Assembly: GCA_016700015.1 (NCBI GenBank)
Contig: CP064995.1
Span: 330,001 to 362,000, forward strand
Direction of reading: 5' to 3'
Length of the DNA stretch: 32,000 nucleotides
From: Candidatus Saccharimonadota bacterium
GTDB taxonomy: Bacteria; Patescibacteriota; Saccharimonadia; Saccharimonadales; Saccharimonadaceae
A program made the position numbers and the translations under genes. The notes beneath the pieces were generated by a model that had not been told where the DNA came from, searched no databases, and saw nothing but the letters and a program-made list of their open reading frames with translations. This document shows, one piece after another, positions 16,396-25,500 of this stretch. The first letter of the stretch is position 1, and every line of letters begins with the position of its first letter.

Positions 16396-18474
16396 ATGGC
16401 TGAGACACACGACGGTTCAGCTGATTTTGAGCCAGTACATTATAGCGCGGTTGCCGAACATGACGAAGTACTCGAAACGCTGAGGCAGCGTATCCGCGAT
16501 GTTGAGCGTATGCTCCGCGAGGATGAGTTACATGTCAGCGATGACCAGTTTACTCAGCTTACATTGGCTATCGAAAATGATTGGCCCTATAGCGCTTCGC
16601 CGGTGAAGTTGTTTGCAAAACTCCGGGCCCTCAGTGAGGGTGCTCCACTGCCGAATGCTATGCGCGACGCCTATGGCGAGTACTATATTCCTGACGGTTC
16701 AGCGCTCATGACAGCATGGGGCATGGAGTTTGTGCCACTCGACGATGCATCGGCCATGAGGGCGGTGTACATGTTTAGTCAGGTAGGTTCAAGTGCCGAT
16801 AGTCCCCGTTACTATTGCTTTGACGAGGATATCTTTTCGCTACAATTTGCAGAAATTGCTCCCGCGTCTCTTACCTGGCAACTCGAACGGCTAATGCCCG
16901 AAGCTATCACTGCTATTAACGCAGCGATCGAGGAGGGGGCGAGCCTGACCGACAAGATACGTGGTATGGAACACCTTTCGTTGAAATTACAGCCTTCAGA
17001 GTTCGGTGACTATAATATTCTTGATAAACTCGCGATGTACATGAACGATCGTTTGGGGATCGACCACCGTATTATGCATAATCTTGAGCTTGAGGGGTCG
17101 TTTATAATCACTGGTCATGATGATGAGGGCGATGAAATACAGTTTCCCGCAACCCTGAAAGAACCGTTCCATACCCCTGGGTATATTGGCTCCGTGCAGT
17201 TGGCTCTCGCAAAACAGCTAGATGGCAATGAAGCATATGTACCCCTGTTAACATTGTATACCCACACCGAGACAGATGGTGATGATGACGATGATGTGCT
17301 GCTTGTGCCGGTGGCGACCCTGCGCTCGGCAGTTTGTGTTCGGCCTCGCCTGTCGCTTGCCCGCAGTCTAGCGGCTCGGGTTGGTCCTGAATCGCTCGCT
17401 ATTGAAGTGGCTGAGTACGATGACGCTCAAATTACCGACATAGCACCAGCAAGGGGCACGACTCACTACGAAACGATCCGCTACCATCAGACTTTGCTCT
17501 ACGGTGCCCGAGAATTTGCTAAACAAGCGGCAAGTGTATGCTACGAAACAGCCGAAGATGCCATAGAAGCTGCCGAGACAGTTCAGCAGGCAATCGTCGA
17601 TATGTTCGGTGACGACTGGGAGGCTATGGAACAACATACCTATGTGGCGGATGGTATAGGTATATCGATACCAAACTATCTTCACGATGGCTACGAGAAC
17701 ACTGAACCGGGGATGCCGGGTGGTGCAATAATTTTCCGTCCCAACCCCGAACAAAATATTCGCGAAAACAGCCTTATGGAGCGGTACCATGTATCTTTGG
17801 AAGAGGTTGTTGCCTATGTGGACCAAGTCGAAGAGGGGGAAGGCGATGTATCGTATAGGGTGGGGATTGAAATGGCAGTAAAAGTGCTTGACCGTCCGAT
17901 TATGTATCGGCAGGCTATCCCGGGTTCTCGCCGCATTGCTCGTGATGTCAGTGTGACGGAGTATATATATGTACCGCTTGACGATACGGCGAGTTTACTC
18001 AATATTGACCTACACGATATGGAGCAGTTTAGTGTTGCTATGAAACGGTTTAAGCGTAGGCTTGAGGATATGCCTGATCTTAAAAAATCATACAGGGCTC
18101 TTTTAAAGCTTCAGCAAGCACTATTCTATGAGCGAGACGATGGTGAGCTGACATCGCTTCACCGCGTGGAATTATTGCAGGTACTAGGAGAGCAGGGTGG
18201 CGGTGATGAGCATGCCGCAGGACTAATCGTTGATTCACTCAGCGATTTACTGGGCGCAAAACGCCGGGTTAGCGTTGTGGGCGAAGTCCGGTACGAGGGC
18301 AAAGAGACTCATGCTGGAGCATTTGATGCAATAACAGGCGTAATCACTGATATCGTTTCTTCTTATGCGGGTTCGCCAGTTGAAGAGCCAATGCTTGTGT
18401 TTACGCGGCTCGACCCCACTGGCCCGACTCGGCTCTATGTGCCAATCGCTAGTCTAAAAGAATTCCATTTCTAA
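16396..18474 (+). CDS. hypothetical acidic protein, paralog family member 2, with C-terminal extension (island gene C)
   Basis: SD AAGGAG at 16381-16386. The ATG lies 2 nt after the gene B stop, indicating translational coupling. The first ~325 aa are homologous to B and D. Confidence 0.8.
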   Translation: MAETHDGSADFEPVHYSAVAEHDEVLETLRQRIRDVERMLREDELHVSDDQFTQLTLAIENDWPYSASPVKLFAKLRALSEGAPLPNAMRDAYGEYYIPDGSALMTAWGMEFVPLDDASAMRAVYMFSQVGSSADSPRYYCFDEDIFSLQFAEIAPASLTWQLERLMPEAITAINAAIEEGASLTDKIRGMEHLSLKLQPSEFGDYNILDKLAMYMNDRLGIDHRIMHNLELEGSFIITGHDDEGDEIQFPATLKEPFHTPGYIGSVQLALAKQLDGNEAYVPLLTLYTHTETDGDDDDDVLLVPVATLRSAVCVRPRLSLARSLAARVGPESLAIEVAEYDDAQITDIAPARGTTHYETIRYHQTLLYGAREFAKQAASVCYETAEDAIEAAETVQQAIVDMFGDDWEAMEQHTYVADGIGISIPNYLHDGYENTEPGMPGGAIIFRPNPEQNIRENSLMERYHVSLEEVVAYVDQVEEGEGDVSYRVGIEMAVKVLDRPIMYRQAIPGSRRIARDVSVTEYIYVPLDDTASLLNIDLHDMEQFSVAMKRFKRRLEDMPDLKKSYRALLKLQQALFYERDDGELTSLHRVELLQVLGEQGGGDEHAAGLIVDSLSDLLGAKRRVSVVGEVRYEGKETHAGAFDAITGVITDIVSSYAGSPVEEPMLVFTRLDPTGPTRLYVPIASLKEFHF

Positions 18475-18485
18475 CCTGTCTATGC

Positions 18486-18515
18486 TTGCAAATAGCGCGA
18501 TATATTTGACACAAT
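18486..18515 (+). promoter_or_regulatory. possible promoter TTGCAA-18 nt-CACAAT, 7 nt before the ATG of island gene D
   Basis: Hexamers at 18486-18491 and 18510-18515. No SD before ATG 18523. Confidence 0.3.
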
Positions 18516-18522
18516 ATAAAGT

Positions 18523-20238
18523 ATGAGTGAGTATACATCTGCCAATCCCGACGACGCAAATCACGCGGCCGAAGAGCTGCTTGGTAAACTCGAATTATTT
18601 CGATTTGACCCTCTACTTCAGAAATTATTTGACGAAATTGAGATTGCTCAGGAGTCGCTCCCTGGCTACGACAAGCGCGAAGCCAAAGACCAGGTAAAAC
18701 GACTTAATGAGATGCTACGCAGTACGGGCTGGATTGGTACACCGGTGGAGGTGACCGGTAAGCTGCGCATTGCGCCGTGGTGCGATATCGACGAAGCCTA
18801 TAGCGATCATGTAGGGTCGCAGGCACGGAAAGGGCGAGACGAGCTAGGTGAATATTTTGAAGTAGTCGGCCTCAACATGGTGTGTGCGCTTATCGAAATT
18901 GATACCGAAACCTATGACGACGCCGCAACCGGGCGTTTTGTCATGACACTGACCACGCCCGACGCCATGGTCGATGCCGAAGATGAAGTCGACGATGTTG
19001 ACCTGGAAGAGCTGCTAAACTCTGCCGGCGAGTATTATTTCTACCGATCAGACATTGTCGAGCTATCGTTTCGCGAGCCGTCGACCGAGCAGACTGGTGT
19101 TATGCTGGCCAACCATTACCCAAAGATTTTGCAGCGCATCCACCACGACATACCAGAGGGTCAGCCAGCAGGCCACCACATGCTCGGCGCACTAAAGCGA
19201 TTTGAACTGGAATACGATGTGCGCTACACCAATGAGTTTTTGCAGCATATTGTCGATTATATTTATGCCCGTATTTGCCCCGACAGTGGACAGTATCGTT
19301 TCACGCTCGATGGTCTCATTGGCACCGCTGCTGTCGAGACTGGTTTAGAGTGGGAGCATATGCCGGAGCGAACAAAGCTTTCGGGAGTGATCGTAGGCTT
19401 TGATATGGTATGGGCTAACGACGCCTACCGCATGGCATTTGTTGTCGCCGAAGAGGCGGTTGCCTATGACGGCGGTTTCGAGCTTCGGCTCATCCCCGTA
19501 GATAGTGTGATGAAGCTTGAATGCTTAAGGCCTAGTCGCAAACGGTTTGGTGAGCTTGCGGTGCACGCCTTTACATCGCCAGAAGAGGTGATGGACTATT
19601 GGCGTGAAGCAGAGAGTAACCCCAGGCCCCTACCTGAAATCGTCGCACAACCAGAAGTACCTGGGTCTAATGATGAAATATTTGCGGCCCTCACCGACGG
19701 TTTAGTCAGTGAAATGCATGCAATTGCATATCACGATAGTGTTCTTGGCGCAGACCTTGTGTCTATCCAGCCCGACATTGATATGATTGTGACTGATTTT
19801 GCCGACCATGTGCGCATGTCTGAGGAATGGGACATCGATACGCCACTAAGTGCTAGTGATTTAGCTGCTATTAGTAAACTTATGGATAAAACACTTTCGC
19901 GCTTAGAGGCTTTGCGTGTAGGCGATAGGGTCGTAGCGGGTGGGCGGGTGCTTATTCTCGACGAGAGCGAGCCTGGTGTTAGTGATGTAGTGGTGGTTGA
20001 CGAAGGCACTTGCATTGTCGGTACGAGCGTCAATACGGTCATTTGCGACGTGCCAGAACTAGCATTTTATGATGAAGAATCCGGCACAACTCCGCGGAGT
20101 ACGATTGGTGTCGGGATACTGCTTGAAAATTGCCAAATTATAGATGGCGACGAAATACATGACGCGCCGTTTCATTCAAAGCAGGTGATTGTAGTGCTTT
20201 CACCGTCGCAAGGCACCGATTTCTACCAGGTTGTATAA
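18523..20238 (+). CDS. hypothetical acidic protein, paralog family member 3, with C-terminal extension (island gene D)
   Basis: The first ~345 aa carry the same ordered motif blocks as B and C. Acidic runs such as DAEDEVDDVDLEELL. Confidence 0.8.
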   Translation: MSEYTSANPDDANHAAEELLGKLELFRFDPLLQKLFDEIEIAQESLPGYDKREAKDQVKRLNEMLRSTGWIGTPVEVTGKLRIAPWCDIDEAYSDHVGSQARKGRDELGEYFEVVGLNMVCALIEIDTETYDDAATGRFVMTLTTPDAMVDAEDEVDDVDLEELLNSAGEYYFYRSDIVELSFREPSTEQTGVMLANHYPKILQRIHHDIPEGQPAGHHMLGALKRFELEYDVRYTNEFLQHIVDYIYARICPDSGQYRFTLDGLIGTAAVETGLEWEHMPERTKLSGVIVGFDMVWANDAYRMAFVVAEEAVAYDGGFELRLIPVDSVMKLECLRPSRKRFGELAVHAFTSPEEVMDYWREAESNPRPLPEIVAQPEVPGSNDEIFAALTDGLVSEMHAIAYHDSVLGADLVSIQPDIDMIVTDFADHVRMSEEWDIDTPLSASDLAAISKLMDKTLSRLEALRVGDRVVAGGRVLILDESEPGVSDVVVVDEGTCIVGTSVNTVICDVPELAFYDEESGTTPRSTIGVGILLENCQIIDGDEIHDAPFHSKQVIVVLSPSQGTDFYQVV

Positions 20239-20280
20239 CGGAATTAGCCGGTTTCGCTACTAGTCACCCCAGGGAGAATG

Positions 20281-20289
20281 TGCTATACT
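20281..20289 (+). promoter_or_regulatory. extended -10 element TGcTATACT upstream of fusA
   Basis: TG at 20281-20282 and TATACT at 20284-20289, leaving a leader of about 64 nt with SD AAGGA before ATG 20354. Confidence 0.4.
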
Positions 20290-20353
20290 ACACCCCAAGT
20301 GCTATTTTCTAATGGCAAAAATTGGTAGCTAACTAAATAATAAGGAACAACGA

Positions 20354-22441
20354 ATGGCAACTCCAACCAATGTCCCACTCAAGGACTTTAGAAACGTCGG
20401 TATTATCGCGCATATTGATGCTGGCAAAACAACCACAACCGAAGGTATTTTGTACCGTACTGGCCTGAGCCACAAAATCGGTGCCGTGCACGAAGGTGAA
20501 ACGACGACCGACTGGATGGAGCAAGAGCGTGAGCGCGGTATCACTATCACCAGTGCGGCCGTGACGTGTTTTTGGAAAGACCACAAAATCAACATCATTG
20601 ACACTCCTGGTCACATTGACTTTACAGCTGAAGTAGAGCGTAGTTTGCGCGTGCTTGACGGTGCCGTGACAGTATTTGACGGCAAAATGGGCGTGGAAGC
20701 ACAGAGTGAAACGGTGTGGCGCCAGGCCAACAAGTACGGTGTGCCGCGTATCTGTTTCATCAACAAAATCAACCAGACTGGTGGCGACTTTTACAAATCG
20801 CTCCAGAGTATTCACAATCGTCTCAGCAAAAATGCGCTACCTATCCATTTGCCAATTGGGTTTGAAAAAGACATCAATGGTGTTGTTGACCTTGTTGACA
20901 TGAAAGCCTATACGTATGGTGACTTTACTGATCATGAGCTTGTGCAAGGTGAAGTTCCTGCCGATATGCTCGAAAAAGCTAAGAACGCGCGTAGTCTACT
21001 GGTTGAGGCCGCTGTCGAGGCCGACGACGCGCTGATGGAGAAGTTCTTCGAGCACGGTGAAGAAGCGATTAGCGTAGAGGAGTTAAAGGTTGCTTTGCGT
21101 AAGCGTGTGCTGGCAGGCGACTTTTATCTTGTTACGGGTGGCGATGGCCGCGGTGTCATTGTCGAAAAGGTGCTCGACCTCATGGTTGACTATTTGCCAA
21201 GTCCGCTTGATGTAGCTGAAATATGGGGCAAAAACCCTAAAACTGGCGACGAAGTGAGCCGCAAACCTGACGACAAAGAACCAATGGCTGCGCTGGCCTT
21301 TAAGCTCGCAACCGACCCATTTGTCGGTAAGCTGATTTTTGTGCGCGTGTATAGTGGTGTGTTGACGGCCGGTAGCTACGTGCTCAATACCACTACTGGC
21401 GAAAAAGAACGCATCGGGCGTATTGTCCGTATGCACGCCGACAAGCGTGAAGATGTCGACAAGGTTGGTGCTGGCGACATTGCCGCAGTCGTGGGGCTCA
21501 AAGGCACCTTCACTGGCCATACACTTTGCGACGTCGCTCACCCGATTGCGCTTGAAGCGATTACATTCCCTGAACCCCCAGTCAGTATTGCTGTCGAGCC
21601 AAAAACCAAAGCCGACCAAGAAAAAATGGGCATTGCCTTGCAACGCCTGGCCGAAGAAGACCCAACCTTCCGTGTGCATACCGACGACGAAACTGCTCAA
21701 ACGATTATGAGCGGTATGGGCGAGCTTCACCTCGAAATTCTGATCGACCGCATGAAGCGCGAATTTAATGTTGAGGCCAATGTTGGTGAGCCGCAAGTCG
21801 CCTTCCGTGAAACCATCAAAGGTACCGCCGAAGTGCAGGGCAAGCACGCCAAGCAGTCTGGTGGACGTGGTCAGTATGGTGACGTATGGGTACGCTTTGA
21901 GCCAAATGAACCTGGCAAAGGCTTCGAATTTATCGACGCTATTAAGGGTGGTGTGGTGCCACAAGAATACCGCCCAGCCGTACAAAAGGGTATTCGTGAA
22001 ACACTCGATGGCGGTGTGATTGCCGGCTATCCAGTGGTTGATGTCAAAGCAACGCTCTACGATGGTAGCTATCACGATGTTGACTCAAGCGAACTCGCCT
22101 TTAGCCTAGCTGGTAGCCTTGCTGCCCGCGCTGGTGTGAAGCAGGCCACTCCGATCATCCTTGAACCCGTCATGCATGTCGAAGTGACTACACCCGAAGA
22201 ATTCATGGGTGATATCATCGGCGACCTCAATAGCCGTCGTGGCCGTATAGAAAGCATGGAAGACCTGATGGGCGGCGCCAAGCTGATTAAGGCGATTGTG
22301 CCACTTGCCAACATGTTTGGCTATACTGGAGACATCCGCAGTATGAGCCAAGGCCGCGCTGCCAGCACCATGGAGCTCGCGCACTACGAAGAAGTCCCGC
22401 CAAACGTGGCGCAGGAAATCATCGAAAAGCGCAGCAAGTAA
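20354..22441 (+). CDS. fusA: translation elongation factor G (with atypical G4/G5 motifs)
   Basis: G1 [12 protein letters not shown], switch I RGITI and G3 DTPGHIDF are present. Domain IV/V regions match, e.g. [12 protein letters not shown] and [13 protein letters not shown]4 reads NKIN rather than NKxD. Confidence 0.96.
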   Translation: MATPTNVPLKDFRNVGIIAHIDAGKTTTTEGILYRTGLSHKIGAVHEGETTTDWMEQERERGITITSAAVTCFWKDHKINIIDTPGHIDFTAEVERSLRVLDGAVTVFDGKMGVEAQSETVWRQANKYGVPRICFINKINQTGGDFYKSLQSIHNRLSKNALPIHLPIGFEKDINGVVDLVDMKAYTYGDFTDHELVQGEVPADMLEKAKNARSLLVEAAVEADDALMEKFFEHGEEAISVEELKVALRKRVLAGDFYLVTGGDGRGVIVEKVLDLMVDYLPSPLDVAEIWGKNPKTGDEVSRKPDDKEPMAALAFKLATDPFVGKLIFVRVYSGVLTAGSYVLNTTTGEKERIGRIVRMHADKREDVDKVGAGDIAAVVGLKGTFTGHTLCDVAHPIALEAITFPEPPVSIAVEPKTKADQEKMGIALQRLAEEDPTFRVHTDDETAQTIMSGMGELHLEILIDRMKREFNVEANVGEPQVAFRETIKGTAEVQGKHAKQSGGRGQYGDVWVRFEPNEPGKGFEFIDAIKGGVVPQEYRPAVQKGIRETLDGGVIAGYPVVDVKATLYDGSYHDVDSSELAFSLAGSLAARAGVKQATPIILEPVMHVEVTTPEEFMGDIIGDLNSRRGRIESMEDLMGGAKLIKAIVPLANMFGYTGDIRSMSQGRAASTMELAHYEEVPPNVAQEIIEKRSK

Positions 22442-22464
22442 CGACCACTTGTCGACAGCTATGC

Positions 22465-22494
22465 AAGAACCCCTTTATCCACAAAGGGGTTCTT
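22465..22494 (+). terminator. hairpin terminator after fusA
   Basis: Perfect 12-bp stem aagaaccccttt / aaaggggttctt with loop atccac. Confidence 0.65.
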
Positions 22495-22513
22495 AGTTTG
22501 TGCTTAAATCTAC

Positions 22514-22542
22514 TTGTTTTTCCTACCTGTCGCTCGTATGAT
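22514..22542 (+). promoter_or_regulatory. promoter TTGTTT-17 nt-TATGAT for the rhs gene
   Basis: Hexamers at 22514-22519 and 22537-22542. SD AGGGAGG at 22553-22559. Confidence 0.45.
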
Positions 22543-22563
22543 AAAAGCAACAAGGGAGGTTAT

Positions 22564-25500
22564 ATGCGGGGATATGTTGGTGTATTTGGTCGGGGCAAAA
22601 AGGTTATTCAGCGCAGTGCGCTGTTTTTTCTTACCTTTATGCTTGTGTTTGGGCTTATTGAACCGGGTATTTACCGCGCCTATGCCGAAAGTAACTCCCA
22701 GAAAGTGTTTCGCACCGACTACAAGCTAGACCCACTTTTGTCACAAAACCCAGCCACAAGCACGGTGCTCACCGAAAGCGGAGGTACTGAGCTACAACGC
22801 CCACTTGCCGAAAACGCCAGGCAATACCGCTATGAAGATACCACCAAGCGAACAAGTAACACATCGACGTCCGTCAACAATGATGGTACAAAAACACTCC
22901 TGTATAGCCAAAAGCAGCTTAACTACAAACAGGGCAACAAATGGGAGAAAATAGATAACCAGCTTTCCGCAACCGAGAACATAGCGCCAGCGGCTAATTT
23001 GTGGCAAATCCTCACCAACACCGCACCTAAAGCAGATGCTCCGAGCGAGTACACAGGCAAGGCCGGACAGGCAGCTGTGGCCATGAAACGCTCCAATGAA
23101 GGCATTAGTATAGCCATCGCCAACAAGACCATCACCATGACTCCAGTGGGAGCGGCTGGGGCAAAACCAGAAAAAATTGATGACACATCGGTTTTATACC
23201 GCGACGTTTGGCCCGGGATCGATCTGCAGTATGAGCTTCGCGGCGAAGCCATCAAAGAAGCAATCATCATTAAATCAAAATCCGCAAAGACAAACTTCGA
23301 GTTTATGTTTGGCGGTGGGAGTTTGAAGCAACATCCAAAATATGAGGGCAAGTTAACTGTTGAGGGTCTGCCCGACAGTTATGTTCTTGGTGACCTGTCG
23401 GTTCAGCTTAATGACCGTGGAGTCATCAGCGAGCAGCCTATGACGCAAAAAATAGTGGATGGCAAGCTTGTTGTTTCGCTCGACGCAAAGTGGTATGCGG
23501 CGTTGCCAGAGTCATCATTTCCAATACGTATAGACCCTACGCTCGGACCAGTCAATGACCAGACTGACTGGATGTTTAAGTCAGATGGATACTCGTGCAA
23601 CGGCTGGACATGCTGGATCAATACCGGCTCTATCTACGACAACGGTTGGAAAAGCTGGCGCACACTGTTCCAGTTTCCATACCCAGAGCTTGCAGGCAAG
23701 CGCATTGTTAATGCAAACATGCACGGTACGTTTCAGCCTAACGCCAATGGTGATACCAATGGTAGAAACATCTATATGGGCCATGCGACATGCATTGGAT
23801 TTAACTGTACGGGTATTTACATTGGTAATGCATGGGCGGGGACTGATTTTGACATCAACTTCACCAATGAACTGAATAACACGGTTGCATCGGGCGACAT
23901 GGGCGCGGTATGGAGTGTGTGGGGTGAAGAGGGCGCGTACAAGAGTTTCAAGCCATATCACTACATGACAGCAACCGTGGTGTATGACACGCCGACCCCA
24001 GTTGCTCCGGCTGTTTCACCTGCAAATGCACAAGTTGTTGTTGACACACAGCCAACACTTCGTGTTAACGCGGTTACAGATGCCGATGGCGATACAGTTC
24101 AATATTATTTCAGGGTAAGCACTAACCCCGACGCCGAAAGTGGAGCAGTCATCAATTCGGGATGGATTTCGTCCCCGCAATGGACAATACCCGATGGCGT
24201 ACTACAAGACGGTACCACATACTACTGGCATGTGTACACTCTTGGTGCGACTCAGACAAATCCAAACTGGACGCGCAACTTTAAAGTAGATCTACGTACG
24301 GGCAAAGACAGCACTCAGAGCTATGACACAGTCGGTCCGGTGGGTATCGACCTTGCGACTGGAAATGCCACCATGGGCGTGGGCACTCACGGTATGAAGG
24401 CACTGGGTGGTACAATCGGCCTAAACCTTAGCTACAACACGCCAAACCGGGCAAAAAGGGGCTTAAGTGCCGAGTACTGGAATTTACCTGCAAACTATAG
24501 TTTTGCGAGTGGTGCGCCCAGCTCGGCTGCCACCGTGACAAGGCGTGACCAAAACATCGACAACAACTGGAGTAGTGGATCACCCACGCCGGCGATAACC
24601 AACGATTGGTTCTACGCGCGCTGGACGGGGCAGTTTGTGGCGCCGGTCACGGGTACGTACAATTTTGGCGGGTCCAATGATGACACAATGAGGGTGTGGG
24701 TAAATGGTGCCGAGCAATACAACCAGAATTGCTATAGTGGCATATGCTATGACACGACGAAAAGTATAAGCCTGAGCGCAGGGCAGGCGGTGCCGATCAA
24801 AGTTGAATACCTAGATGCCGTTGGTGCGGCCAATGCTAAATTGTATGTCAAAGGCGCGGTGCCGGAGCAGGTAGTGTCGTCAGACTGGCTCTATAGCGAC
24901 GTGGTCAATTCTCCGCTCGGCTATGGTCTGACCGGTCGGTACTATACGGACAATGCCAATGCTCACGACTTCGATGCCGCAGCAGCTGATCCATTTCGTC
25001 TTATGATGCAGCGAGTTGATAGCAGTATGACTCTCAACTTTGGATTGAATGGGCCAGCACAAGGACTCCAGGCCGACAACTTTATGGCGCGCTGGACTGG
25101 CTACATAACCGTTCCCACTGCTGGTAGCTATACGCTCGGTGCTACTTCGGACGACGGTATCCGTATAAAAGTAAATACTGGCACCTGGCAAACGCCACTC
25201 GATAGTTTGGTTGACCATGCCGGTACCTACTGGGGTAGTGCGGTGTCACTGCCCGCCAACACGCCTATTCCGATCCAGGTCGACTGGTATGACCACGGTG
25301 GCGGTGCTCAGCTAAACCTACAGGTGCAGGGCAATGGCTATGCCGCACAGTCTGTGCCAGCTACCTGGCTCACGCCAGACGCCAATGTGCTCCCCGCACA
25401 GTGGAAGCTTGGTATTGATGCCGACGGCAATGTTGCCTACGAGCGGCTACGAGTAACTACGAACTCAGTGATTCTCGAAGATTCAACCGGCAGTACACAT

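Noticed and set aside
17368-17826. 152-aa minus-strand ORF inside island gene C
   Set aside because: It is antisense to a longer ORF that has a coupled SD start, and it has no start context of its own.
21083-22075. 330-aa ORF on the minus strand
   Set aside because: It lies entirely antisense to the strongly supported fusA CDS. It has no SD or promoter and no recognisable motifs, which is typical of a shadow ORF.
22498-22563. ORF-track upstream TTG start ([22 protein letters not shown]...) for the rhs gene
   Set aside because: This stretch contains the predicted promoter (22514-22542) and the SD AGGGAGG. ATG 22564 gives a proper signal- or anchor-like N-terminus.
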